DNA of 64,000 nt, from the IMG/VR virus record IMGVR_UViG_3300005445_000001, positions 1 to 64,000 of that record, one strand, 5' to 3'. The notes under the pieces are model-generated. The model did no database searches. It was given only the letters and a program-made list of their open reading frames with translations, and had not been told where the DNA came from. Within the stretch, counting starts at the first letter, position 1. The number at the start of each line of letters is the position of its first letter. The translations under genes were made by a program, and so were the position numbers. Positions 9,235-17,365 of this stretch are shown here, in pieces. This DNA comes from a virus (lineage: Duplodnaviria > Caudoviricetes).

Positions 9235-9515
9235 AGCGCTTCAGCCAAGAACACGTCGAACAGACCGCCCGCGCGTTCGCGGCCGCGCAGTACCGCAACT
9301 TTACCTGGCGCCTGTTTGGTATCGACATTCGGAACGCACTCATCGACTCGCACGTGATGGAGGAGATCCGCATGGCGCACGTCGCTGACTCCACGCAGAC
9401 GTTCACCGCGAGCGAGATCATCGAGTTTCGCGACGCCGTTGCCGCGTGCTTGGCCGAGGGTGTCGTACCCGCAAACACCCGCGCGATGAAGCGCTCCTTC
9501 AAGGTGGAGGAGTAG
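9231..9515 (+). CDS. Hypothetical protein
   Basis: GGAG RBS, GTGA coupling. Confidence 0.6.
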   Translation: MKRFSQEHVEQTARAFAAAQYRNFTWRLFGIDIRNALIDSHVMEEIRMAHVADSTQTFTASEIIEFRDAVAACLAEGVVPANTRAMKRSFKVEE

Positions 9516-9517
9516 TC

Positions 9518-9682
9518 ATGCGTCTACTCGGCGAACCCTCGCACACCACGTTTCACCGACGCTTCCGTTGGCTTGACAAGACCGGCCGACACATGACGAT
9601 ACCCAACGATTGGGCGCTCTGCGTGCTGCTCGGCAAGCTCTCGGTCCACTTCACCGAGCAACCGCTCGCAAGGAGCAAGTAG
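9518..9682 (+). CDS. Small protein, paralog of 9079-9234
   Basis: MRLLGEPSHTTFHRRFRWLDKT; GGAGG RBS. Confidence 0.6.
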   Translation: MRLLGEPSHTTFHRRFRWLDKTGRHMTIPNDWALCVLLGKLSVHFTEQPLARSK

Positions 9683-9684
9683 TC

Positions 9685-9951
9685 ATGCTGACTAACCAGT
9701 GCCCCAACTGTTGGGGCGGTTCACGACTCGCCGACAACAAACTCCAACCTCGTCGCGATCCGCTCTGTAGGAAGCATCTACCACCCGAGCCCTACGAGGT
9801 GTGGGTCTCGCACGATCGACATGTTCTCGCGTGCCACATGCGGTTCAACGCGAGGTTCACGTTTCAGTACCGTGCGCTGCAAGAGGCTGACTGGTACCAC
9901 GAGCGTGGTTATCGCGTCGAAGTACGTCTCAGCGAACCGGAGCGGAGGTAG
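9685..9951 (+). CDS. Hypothetical protein with CxxC
   Basis: AGGAG RBS; CPNC. Confidence 0.55.
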   Translation: MLTNQCPNCWGGSRLADNKLQPRRDPLCRKHLPPEPYEVWVSHDRHVLACHMRFNARFTFQYRALQEADWYHERGYRVEVRLSEPERR

Positions 9952-9954
9952 CTC

Positions 9955-10137
9955 ATGGCCCGTCGACGCAAACCGGCGATCTACGAGACGCTGATCTACT
10001 TCAACGGTGGCGGGATGTCGATCCGCTACGTGCAGGCGATGAGCCCCGAAGAAGCTCTCGCGATCGTCAAAGGGAAGCTCGCGAGCTCGGCCGCGATGGA
10101 GCGTGGCATCGCGAGCGAGAAAGCGAGGCGAGTGTGA
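9955..10137 (+). CDS. Hypothetical protein
   Basis: GGAGG RBS; packed operon. Confidence 0.55.
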   Translation: MARRRKPAIYETLIYFNGGGMSIRYVQAMSPEEALAIVKGKLASSAAMERGIASEKARRV

Positions 10138-10334
10138 AGGTCACTGCCGACACCATCACCGACGAGCAGATCCGCGAGCTGCACGACGCCGGGCTGATCG
10201 ACTGGCGAGAGTATCAACGCGCAATACGAAAGCGCGATCATTCATTCGAATCGCCGGCTAGCTATAGGTCTATGCGCAAACGAGCACGCGCTCGCTGCGC
10301 TGAGATTTGGAACGCACGGGCGGTTAAGCCGTGA
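10134..10334 (+). CDS. Hypothetical protein
   Basis: GTGA coupling. Confidence 0.5.
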   Translation: MKVTADTITDEQIRELHDAGLIDWREYQRAIRKRDHSFESPASYRSMRKRARARCAEIWNARAVKP

Positions 10335-10528
10335 CTCGAGCGATGGCGCTGACCTATCTCCGCATCGCCGGCTACCATGGTGATCGAGCACTCTGGACTC
10401 GCGTCTACGTCGAGAACCGCATCGGCTACCAGACCGCAAAGAAAGCGTGGGCCGAGGGTGAACGGATGAAAGCAAACGGAGTCGGCTGCACATGTGCCGA
10501 CTGTCAATCCAAGGAGCCATCGCCATGA
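10331..10528 (+). CDS. Hypothetical protein with CxCxxC
   Basis: Coupled ORF. Confidence 0.5.
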   Translation: MTRAMALTYLRIAGYHGDRALWTRVYVENRIGYQTAKKAWAEGERMKANGVGCTCADCQSKEPSP

Positions 10529-10734
10529 GCGATCGCCTTGCTAACCCATTCACCGCACCGCGTGTGCACTTCAGATCCGAAGTGAAGATCGATCATCCTA
10601 AGTTTGGAAAGATCACCAACACGTACTTCGCTTGTCGCAAGTTCAATGCTTCGCTCCGCTCAACGCGCGATTGGGCCAACGTCTCCTGCGCGCGCTGTCT
10701 TGCCAAACGCTACCTCTACGAAACCAAGAAATGA
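10525..10734 (+). CDS. Hypothetical protein
   Basis: AAGGAG RBS; ATGA overlap. Confidence 0.55.
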   Translation: MSDRLANPFTAPRVHFRSEVKIDHPKFGKITNTYFACRKFNASLRSTRDWANVSCARCLAKRYLYETKK

Positions 10735-10748
10735 AAGGACACACAACC

Positions 10749-11117
10749 ATGAAGCTCTATCGAATCCCATCGATGCCGTACATCGGCACGACAGCCAAGC
10801 AGGTCTACAAGCTCGAGGCACAAGCGGGCCCGCTCATCGACAAGGCGTTGCTCCCCTACATCGAGAAAGTGACCGGCGCTGACATCAATCTCGAGAACGA
10901 GCTCTACCAAGTTCTCATTCCCGAGGCCTTGGCCTCGATCCTCAATCGGTACGATCGATCGAGCGCGCTCGCTGCGGTCATCGGCTATCTACGCCACGAG
11001 CACGCGGCCGAAGTCTTTTGGGCCCCGGACGGCTCGGTACAACTCACAGTCGGGCCGAGCAACGCCTCGCTCGACATGATCGATCGCAAGACGTTGCCGC
11101 CGAAGGGGAGACGCTAG
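10749..11117 (+). CDS. Hypothetical early protein
   Basis: Third AAAGGACACAC leader before ATG 10749. Confidence 0.65.
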   Translation: MKLYRIPSMPYIGTTAKQVYKLEAQAGPLIDKALLPYIEKVTGADINLENELYQVLIPEALASILNRYDRSSALAAVIGYLRHEHAAEVFWAPDGSVQLTVGPSNASLDMIDRKTLPPKGRR

Positions 11118-11317
11118 TGAAGACCGCAACCAAACCCGCAACCAAGATCGATGATCTTCAACTCGTCGCGCACATCGCGTTTCATCAGTACGAGGTCGGC
11201 GAGATCAGTCTCGTCGAGCTGATCGAGGCGCTTCAGGAGTGCGTGAACGCGCGTGCTGCTACCAACGGCTACGCCGAGCAACACGGGATGCCGTTCCCGA
11301 AGCGGGTGAAGCGATGA
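11117..11317 (+). CDS. Hypothetical protein
   Basis: TAGTG overlap; GGGGAG RBS. Confidence 0.5.
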   Translation: MKTATKPATKIDDLQLVAHIAFHQYEVGEISLVELIEALQECVNARAATNGYAEQHGMPFPKRVKR

Positions 11318-11568
11318 GGCTCATCAAGGGAACGTTCATCGGCGACAACGATGTGCCGAGCTACATCGGCGTGTTCGTACCCGATGGAGCCGACCACATT
11401 CGGTTCGTCGTCAGCGACGCAACCCAACCCGAGCGGCCTCAGGTGATCGTGCTCACCACCGATGCAGGCGATGCGCTCGCGCTCGCCAAGGCAATCATCG
11501 ACGCAGCGCTGATCGTCGATCCTGGGTTGAACGTGGAGGCGATGCTGAAGACTCCACACGGAGAATGA
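11314..11568 (+). CDS. Hypothetical protein
   Basis: ATGA overlaps at both ends. Confidence 0.55.
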   Translation: MRLIKGTFIGDNDVPSYIGVFVPDGADHIRFVVSDATQPERPQVIVLTTDAGDALALAKAIIDAALIVDPGLNVEAMLKTPHGE

Positions 11569-11863
11569 TCATGGACGGTCTTTGTCCAAACTGCTCGTCG
11601 AGTGAACACGCTGCGTGCTGCGCCCGTTGCGGCAACGTCTGTGAGGAGAACGCAACGTTTTGCAGCACGCATTCGGCTGACCGCAGCCACACGTCGCGGG
11701 CTGCGCGCAGTTCGTTCGCTCGCTCAAATCACCGTCGACAATGCCATCGACATGACGGGTGCTGAGCTCAGCGAGATGAAGCTCGCTATCGGGTGGCTCG
11801 ACAAGCAACTCGCCAAGTTCAAGGATGATCTTCCGATGCCCTACGACGAAGTAGAATAGAGCC

Positions 11864-12916
11864 ATGAACCAACGCAACAAGAAGCTCTACGGCCGTGCTC
11901 TTCGGGGGATCCTAGGCTACGACGGCTATGGAACTTTCGGCCAAACGAAGAAAGCCACCCTCTTCGTTGGCCGCGAGGTCGGGCTATCGACCGGACCCAA
12001 GCCCGAAGGAACGATCCTCACAGAGAATCAAGTCGTGGGCAAGGTGATGGGGCTGCGCGTCGAACAAGCCGGGCCCGCTGCAGGCGCCACGATCGTCTCT
12101 GCCAAAGGCGTCTATAAGGGTAAGCACGAGCCGAGCGTCAAGATCGAGCTCGTCGATACCGGCATCGATCGGGGCCCCAACGGCTTTCAGCGCAACGTGA
12201 AACAGCTTGCCGAGAACGTTGCCAAGGAGCTCGGTCAGCGCGAGGTGATCATCGAATGGCAAGACGGCAAGAAGACCACGACGGCGACCGCTTCGCCGGC
12301 CGGTGCGCCGTCTCCAACATCTCCCAAGTTCTGCGATTGGGTTCGTCGCAACAGCGAAAGCGCTCGATCGAATCCACAGGATGCTTGTTACGAACCTGAA
12401 CGGAAGGCAAAGAAGATGAAGAAGCAATCTGGTTTTACTCTCATCGAGCTCATGATTGTGGTTGCAATCATTGGCATTCTCGCAGCCGTCGCGATTCCAG
12501 CGTTCATGGATTATATGAAGCGTAGCAAGCGCACCGAAGCGAGCTTGCAGCTCAAGTCGATCAGCGAGAAGACCAAGACCTATTGGATCTCGAGAAACGA
12601 CTTCCCGCCTAGCTCGGCGACGGATCTGCCGGGCGCCGATGGTGCGGCATGTCCAAACAAGTTTCCCGTCGCCGCGCTCGCGCTGTGGGAAGCAGATCCA
12701 GCATGGGGCTCACTCGACTTCCACATCGACGAGGAAGCACTCTTCACGTATCACTTCACGAAGGTGAGCTCGACGGCTGCGAACGCAACCGCGGTCGGCG
12801 ATCTTGATTGCGATAGTACCAAGATCAGTTACTCGCTCGATCTCGTATCGAACGGCGGAAATGTCGGCGGCAAGATCTACTCGCCCGATGACTTCACTCC
12901 GCCGCAGAAGGATTGA
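11864..12916 (+). CDS. Fusion: ferredoxin-like (SAM-lyase/DUF3574-like) domain plus type IV pilin
   Basis: No stop between ATG 11864 and pilin ATG 12416; N-domain motifs [11 protein letters not shown] and [16 protein letters not shown]. Confidence 0.6.
   Translation: MNQRNKKLYGRALRGILGYDGYGTFGQTKKATLFVGREVGLSTGPKPEGTILTENQVVGKVMGLRVEQAGPAAGATIVSAKGVYKGKHEPSVKIELVDTGIDRGPNGFQRNVKQLAENVAKELGQREVIIEWQDGKKTTTATASPAGAPSPTSPKFCDWVRRNSESARSNPQDACYEPERKAKKMKKQSGFTLIELMIVVAIIGILAAVAIPAFMDYMKRSKRTEASLQLKSISEKTKTYWISRNDFPPSSATDLPGADGAACPNKFPVAALALWEADPAWGSLDFHIDEEALFTYHFTKVSSTAANATAVGDLDCDSTKISYSLDLVSNGGNVGGKIYSPDDFTPPQKD
12416..12916 (+). CDS. pilA: Type IVa pilin (PilA-like); internal start or C-terminal part of fusion
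   Basis: Prepilin site [30 protein letters not shown] with Glu+5; GDLDCD near C-terminus; GGAAGG before ATG. Confidence 0.9.
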   Translation: MKKQSGFTLIELMIVVAIIGILAAVAIPAFMDYMKRSKRTEASLQLKSISEKTKTYWISRNDFPPSSATDLPGADGAACPNKFPVAALALWEADPAWGSLDFHIDEEALFTYHFTKVSSTAANATAVGDLDCDSTKISYSLDLVSNGGNVGGKIYSPDDFTPPQKD

Positions 12917-13212
12917 GCCGTGACGAGCAGCCAATGGTTCGATTTGCTCTGCGTGATCCTAGGTTCGGGCATCACGCTAGTTGCGATGGAGATTGCAGAT
13001 CGAAGGGGGAGACGGTGAAGGTCGAGATCCTAAATGGCGAGCTAGACGCGCTCACCGAATGGCTTCGCAACCCGTTCCCAACGGGCCGAGACCTCGCCAA
13101 GGCCAAAGACATCGTCGATCGCATCGTGATGCGAGCGCAGACGCAAAAACTGTTCGAGGAGCTGCAACGCGCTCCGACTCGAGACATTCAACCGAAGGAA
13201 CCAAAGAGGTAG
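12913..13212 (+). CDS. Hypothetical protein
   Basis: Operon-packed ORF; start uncertain. Confidence 0.45.
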   Translation: MSRDEQPMVRFALRDPRFGHHASCDGDCRSKGETVKVEILNGELDALTEWLRNPFPTGRDLAKAKDIVDRIVMRAQTQKLFEELQRAPTRDIQPKEPKR

Positions 13213-13214
13213 TC

Positions 13215-13457
13215 ATGTCGGAGTTTCCCGAAGAAGAGATCACCCAACCCGTTGTGTACGAATCGATCGATGACGTCTCGGAACGCTGGCGTATGGCGCA
13301 GCGACGCCCCGAGCCGGGCCCAAGGTGCTGCGCGCTCGGTTGCGTCGAGGAAGCCTACGTCACGCACGGGGTCACGTTGCCGTTCTGCTTCGCGCACGTG
13401 AAGGACGAGATGCTGATCGAAGCGTGGGAGGATCTGTGTCTCGCATCGCAACGCTGA
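13215..13457 (+). CDS. Hypothetical protein with Cys/His cluster
   Basis: GAGG RBS; TAGTCATG junction. Confidence 0.55.
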   Translation: MSEFPEEEITQPVVYESIDDVSERWRMAQRRPEPGPRCCALGCVEEAYVTHGVTLPFCFAHVKDEMLIEAWEDLCLASQR

Positions 13458-13458
13458 C

Positions 13459-13483
13459 TCGCATCGTGATCGAGGCGATGCGA
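13459..13483 (+). terminator. Hairpin directly after operon end
   Basis: TCGCATCG/CGATGCGA 8-bp stem, 9-nt loop; weak U-tract. Confidence 0.4.
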
Positions 13484-13508
13484 CTTGCCTCCCAGGCTCC
13501 CAGTGGTT

Positions 13509-13536
13509 AGTAGTAATAAGCTGGCTTATTACTAGA
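13509..13536. other. dif-like tyrosine recombinase site or palindromic operator
   Basis: AGTAGTAATAA-GCTGGC-TTATTACTAGA: 11-6-11 geometry with ATAA-N6-TTAT core. Confidence 0.55.
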
Positions 13537-13569
13537 GCTGCAATCCATGTAATATTGAGGAGTTACGAA

Positions 13570-13875
13570 ATGCTGATGATCGAGGTTTCCAACGCCGAGC
13601 TCGCCGCGCTCCGAGATTGGTTGAGCCGCTTCCAAATAGAACGGTCCCACGGAGTGGGCGTGATCTACCAAACGATCGCCAACATCGTGCAGCGAATAGA
13701 CGAGTCAAACCCATCTACCGATCGCGAGCTCCTGGCCCACATGGCGACGGACATCTACGCGTCTCTCACGCCAGCGGCTTGCGGCGAAACGCTTCGGCCT
13801 TCCGAAGCCGCTAATCGAGCGATCGCAATCCTGACCGCGATCGATCAGTACCGAGCCAACCGGAGCGGCAAGTGA
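13570..13875 (+). CDS. Hypothetical protein
   Basis: GAGGAG RBS before ATG 13570. Confidence 0.65.
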   Translation: MLMIEVSNAELAALRDWLSRFQIERSHGVGVIYQTIANIVQRIDESNPSTDRELLAHMATDIYASLTPAACGETLRPSEAANRAIAILTAIDQYRANRSGK

Positions 13876-14117
13876 TGCTTCTACACTTCATGATCAAGGG
13901 TGTTCGCTACCGGATGCGCGTAGCCAAAGTACATGAACATCCCGGCGAACGCGATCGCATAGAGAAAGCAACGCTCGACATGCTTGGCGACGTCAGTTGG
14001 CACCCTCTTCCCGACGGAAGTCTAGAGGTGCCATCACCAGAGTGGTTAATCAGGCGAACGCTGTGGAAGTATGACAGGGTGATCGGCGACACGATCGACC
14101 TGGGGAAGCTGTCATGA
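13872..14117 (+). CDS. Hypothetical protein
   Basis: Coupled ORF. Confidence 0.5.
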   Translation: MMLLHFMIKGVRYRMRVAKVHEHPGERDRIEKATLDMLGDVSWHPLPDGSLEVPSPEWLIRRTLWKYDRVIGDTIDLGKLS

Positions 14118-14386
14118 GCTGCGAGGTTAGGGGGCCTGGTTGGCTGCTGTTCGAAACGGCCGATACGATCGTGCTGCGGTTCAACAGCAAGCCGGATTCG
14201 AAAACGCTCTACGAGCTCAAGCAGTTCATGCGATGGAGCCCCAAACAGCGTGCGTGGGAATGCTCGCTCGATCCCAGGCTTCGCGAGCGAGCACTCGAAA
14301 TCGCGTGGGAAGCTCAAACCTGGGAGAGCGTCGGCGAGCCGGAGCCTTCGATGTGGGACTCCGACGACGCGCCGGATAATTGGTGA
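14114..14386 (+). CDS. Hypothetical protein
   Basis: Coupled ORF; LKQFMRWSPKQRAW. Confidence 0.5.
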   Translation: MSCEVRGPGWLLFETADTIVLRFNSKPDSKTLYELKQFMRWSPKQRAWECSLDPRLRERALEIAWEAQTWESVGEPEPSMWDSDDAPDNW

Positions 14387-14583
14387 TGACGATCAAGGAA
14401 GCATTCGAAGCGTTCGCCGTGCTGCTTGAAGAGCGCTCGAAGGAATACGATCGCTACGTCGCTGAATCGCGATCGTCCTATCCAGGAGAGATCGGCCGTC
14501 TAGCTTCGGTCAACGATAGCCGCAAGGCAAACGACTATCGAGAGATCGCAAGCCTTGCTCGAAAGGTTGCCAAGCAGGTATGA
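14380..14583 (+). CDS. Hypothetical protein
   Basis: Coupled ORF. Confidence 0.5.
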   Translation: MVMTIKEAFEAFAVLLEERSKEYDRYVAESRSSYPGEIGRLASVNDSRKANDYREIASLARKVAKQV

Positions 14584-14903
14584 AGCCTCTGACCTCAACC
14601 ATGCGACGTGTCATCGATACGCTTCGCGATGCCGGGAGGCCCAAAACAGCTAACCAGATCGCATACGAGCTTGGATTCTGGACAGGCCAAGATGACGGTA
14701 GGCACTCGCACAACGGTCGCGCGATGGCACCAGCACAACGAGTGATCTTCCCGCTGATCGGGCTGATCAGTCGAGGGCTCGTTACGCGAACGACCCGAAC
14801 CGACGGACTGTCAGGAACCGCTTTCATGATCACAGCAAAGGGCCTCGAGTATCTCGAGTGTGTCGATCTCTACGGTGGACGATACCCAGACGGAGCGACA
14901 TGA
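14580..14903 (+). CDS. Probable winged-helix DNA-binding protein
   Basis: TANQIAYELG helix; LISRGLV and ITAKGLEYL wing pattern. Confidence 0.55.
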   Translation: MKPLTSTMRRVIDTLRDAGRPKTANQIAYELGFWTGQDDGRHSHNGRAMAPAQRVIFPLIGLISRGLVTRTTRTDGLSGTAFMITAKGLEYLECVDLYGGRYPDGAT

Positions 14904-15844
14904 AGTACCCAAGCGAGCTCCATCAGATCGTCTCCGAGAGTCCGCGGCTAGCTCCGTTGACCAAACGTAGCTACATCACGGCGATCAACAGGTGGATCGC
15001 GTTCGCTGGGCCTGATCCAGCTGGATGGAATCGGAACGTCGCGCACCGCTTCTACCTGCAACTCATCAACAGCGGGATCAGCGTACGGTCGGCAAACACG
15101 ATGATGAACTCGCTCAAGTACGCCGCGAAATGGTGGGCTGATCGCTCGCCGGGCGCACGGATCGACTTCACGCACATCGAGCTCGCTCCCAATAGCCCGA
15201 GCACACCCCGTGAAGCACTCGATCCAACGCAAGCGCTCGCGATCCTCGATACCACGCTCGTCGGAACGCCGATCGACATCCGCGATCGCGCGCTGCTCGT
15301 GGTCGCGCTCGAGACGGGGATGCGTTCGATGTCGCTCGCTGGGATGTCGTGGGACGGCCTCAAGTCGAACTATCCTCGCTGCTCGGTACCGCTCAAGGGA
15401 AAGGGAGAGGTTCCCTACGACGTGCCGCTTTCAGATGCCGCGATGCTAGCGCTCGGTCACTGGCGAGCGTGGCTTGCCAAACACAAGGTGAAGGGTGGCG
15501 ACGTCTGGCGTCGGCTGTTGCCCGGGATCGATCAGAAAGGCCTACGCGCGTACGAGATCAGCGACGTCGGCATCTCGCAACAGGCGATCTACAAGATGGT
15601 CGTCTCGAGGGCTGAGCGCGCTGGCTCAGGCCACGTGCACCCTCACATCTTCCGGCACACCTACGTGACGTGGAGAACCGAGCTCGGCATGCCCCTCGAG
15701 CAAATCATCTCGATGACCGGTCACAGCCCAAGCCATTCACTCGGCTCGGCCGGCGGCTACATGGATCGAGGCCGACTCGGCGCGATCGCACGCCAAGTCA
15801 CGCCCGAATGGCTCGCCAACTGGTGTCAAACCAACTGTCGATGA
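14900..15844 (+). CDS. Tyrosine recombinase (XerC/D-like)
   Basis: RDRALL..LETGMR, PLKGK, HPHIFRHTY, MTGHS and distal Tyr; N-terminal core-binding domain. Confidence 0.9.
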   Translation: MKYPSELHQIVSESPRLAPLTKRSYITAINRWIAFAGPDPAGWNRNVAHRFYLQLINSGISVRSANTMMNSLKYAAKWWADRSPGARIDFTHIELAPNSPSTPREALDPTQALAILDTTLVGTPIDIRDRALLVVALETGMRSMSLAGMSWDGLKSNYPRCSVPLKGKGEVPYDVPLSDAAMLALGHWRAWLAKHKVKGGDVWRRLLPGIDQKGLRAYEISDVGISQQAIYKMVVSRAERAGSGHVHPHIFRHTYVTWRTELGMPLEQIISMTGHSPSHSLGSAGGYMDRGRLGAIARQVTPEWLANWCQTNCR

Positions 15845-15875
15845 TCTCCCTGCGATGTGAGAAAGTTGAAGGGTC

Positions 15876-16169
15876 ATGATCATCAAGCCGCGTAAAGGCG
15901 CACCGCTTACCAAGCGCGAGCTCGAAGTTGCTCCGCTCGTCGCCGAGGGGTTGAGCAACAAGCTGATCGCGGATCGGCTCAACATCACCGAGAGCACCGC
16001 GCACTATCACATCGAGCAGATCCGCACGAAGGTCGGCGCCTCCAATCGTGTGCAGGTGGCAGTATGGTGGGTCTCGAAGAGCTGGAACGCGGCCTTGACA
16101 GCCTACCGAAAGGGTAGCGTCGACGAATTGCTCTCCGTGTTCCGGGAAGCCGTCTATGAACGAGGATGA
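15876..16169 (+). CDS. Solo LuxR-type HTH regulator
   Basis: LTKRELEVAPLVAEGLSNKLIADRLNITESTAHYHIEQIRTKVG. Confidence 0.9.
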   Translation: MIIKPRKGAPLTKRELEVAPLVAEGLSNKLIADRLNITESTAHYHIEQIRTKVGASNRVQVAVWWVSKSWNAALTAYRKGSVDELLSVFREAVYERG

Positions 16170-16401
16170 TCGATTCAAGTGCGCGACCGCGGCACTCATC
16201 GCAGCGGGCGTCGAGAAACGGCCTAGCGAAGCGGTCGCACAGTCGCTCATCGACGCGATCACGATGCTCGTGATCACGTACAACGATCCCGACGTCGCGA
16301 TGACCTCCGTCATCAACGAGCTAACGAGGCTTGTGGACATGGGATCCCTGCCCGACCTCAAGATCGCGAACGACGCCGCCGTCAAGAAAGCCGGACGATG
16401 A
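16156..16401 (+). CDS. Hypothetical protein
   Basis: Operon-packed. Confidence 0.55.
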   Translation: MNEDDRFKCATAALIAAGVEKRPSEAVAQSLIDAITMLVITYNDPDVAMTSVINELTRLVDMGSLPDLKIANDAAVKKAGR

Positions 16402-16646
16402 CTACACCTGAAGCCGACGCGATCGCGCTCTACGCGATCGGAGCTAGAGACTGGCTCGATTTCATCGAGATGGTCGCCCAACCGAAGACGATCTCTCTCA
16501 GGGGCCTAGAGCTCCTTCGAGACATGCTCGCGACCAAACGTGAGGGGACCGACAACGAGCTAAATGCTCTTTTGCTCCCCATCGTGATCAAGCAGATCGC
16601 AGTGCGAGTCGCTATGGTAGACGCTGGTCTCCTCCCTCGATCGTAA
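16398..16646 (+). CDS. Hypothetical protein
   Basis: ATGA overlap. Confidence 0.55.
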   Translation: MTTPEADAIALYAIGARDWLDFIEMVAQPKTISLRGLELLRDMLATKREGTDNELNALLLPIVIKQIAVRVAMVDAGLLPRS

Positions 16647-16655
16647 GATAGTAGG

Positions 16656-17051
16656 GTGGCAGACAGGCGACGACTTCCCTCCGAGCGATCGGGTCTCAGC
16701 CGGAAATTCAAGATCCCGTATCTCCTCGAAGACGGCACGCAAACCAAGCTCAAGTTCTACGTCACGGTGGGGCTCTACGAAGATGGATCGCCGGGCGAGA
16801 TCTTCATCCGTGGCGACCGCCTGGGATCGTTCATGTCGGGGATCCTCGACACGCTCGCCGTGATGATCTCACTTGGCTTACAGCACGGTGTGCCACTCGA
16901 GACGATCGTCGAGAAGATGCGCTACGCCAAATTCGAGCCCGCCGGGATGCTGCCTAAGGACCAAGAGATCCGCTCTTGCACGAGCGCCGTGGACTTACTG
17001 GCCCAGTGGATGGAATTGAAATTCATCAAGAAGAAAGAAGTTAGCCAGTGA
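16656..17051 (+). CDS. Stand-alone TSCPD-like domain (class II RNR C-terminal domain)
   Basis: KFYVTVGLYEDGSPGEIFI, ISLGLQHGVPLETIV, FEPAG, CTSAVD. Confidence 0.8.
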   Translation: MADRRRLPSERSGLSRKFKIPYLLEDGTQTKLKFYVTVGLYEDGSPGEIFIRGDRLGSFMSGILDTLAVMISLGLQHGVPLETIVEKMRYAKFEPAGMLPKDQEIRSCTSAVDLLAQWMELKFIKKKEVSQ

Positions 17052-17365
17052 GGAAGAAGAGCAAGACCGATTCCGGGTTCCCGATGAGTTCCGTTGACCC
17101 GACCTTCATCGACCCCGAATGGATTTTCGAGACGGTCTTGACGAGCATCGATCATCAGGACTTCGAAGGAGCAGAGCTCTTCGTGGAATGCCTCGATCTT
17201 GAGCTCGTGCAGCCATATGCCGTGCTCGGGCTGCTCGATCTGTTCAAGCAGCATCAACATCGGTTGCTCGATCACGAGGCGTTTCTCCGACGCGCCGAGA
17301 CTAGGCTTCACAATGCGTTCGGCGATCCGGCCCACGTCGACAACCTCATGCGAGCTAGACGATGA
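17048..17365 (+). CDS. Hypothetical protein
   Basis: Coupled ORF. Confidence 0.5.
   Translation: MRKKSKTDSGFPMSSVDPTFIDPEWIFETVLTSIDHQDFEGAELFVECLDLELVQPYAVLGLLDLFKQHQHRLLDHEAFLRRAETRLHNAFGDPAHVDNLMRARR

Noticed and set aside
9134-9580. TTGACA in the duplicated 24-mer as twin sigma70 promoters
   Set aside because: No convincing -10 box at 16-18 bp in either copy.
11565-11859. Programmed frameshift joining a Cys-rich frame to an overlapping frame
   Set aside because: No slippery sequence seen; two small overlapping genes explain it equally well.
14900-15844. Recombinase as a prophage boundary
   Set aside because: Phage-like genes continue on both sides with no host DNA or att duplication visible.
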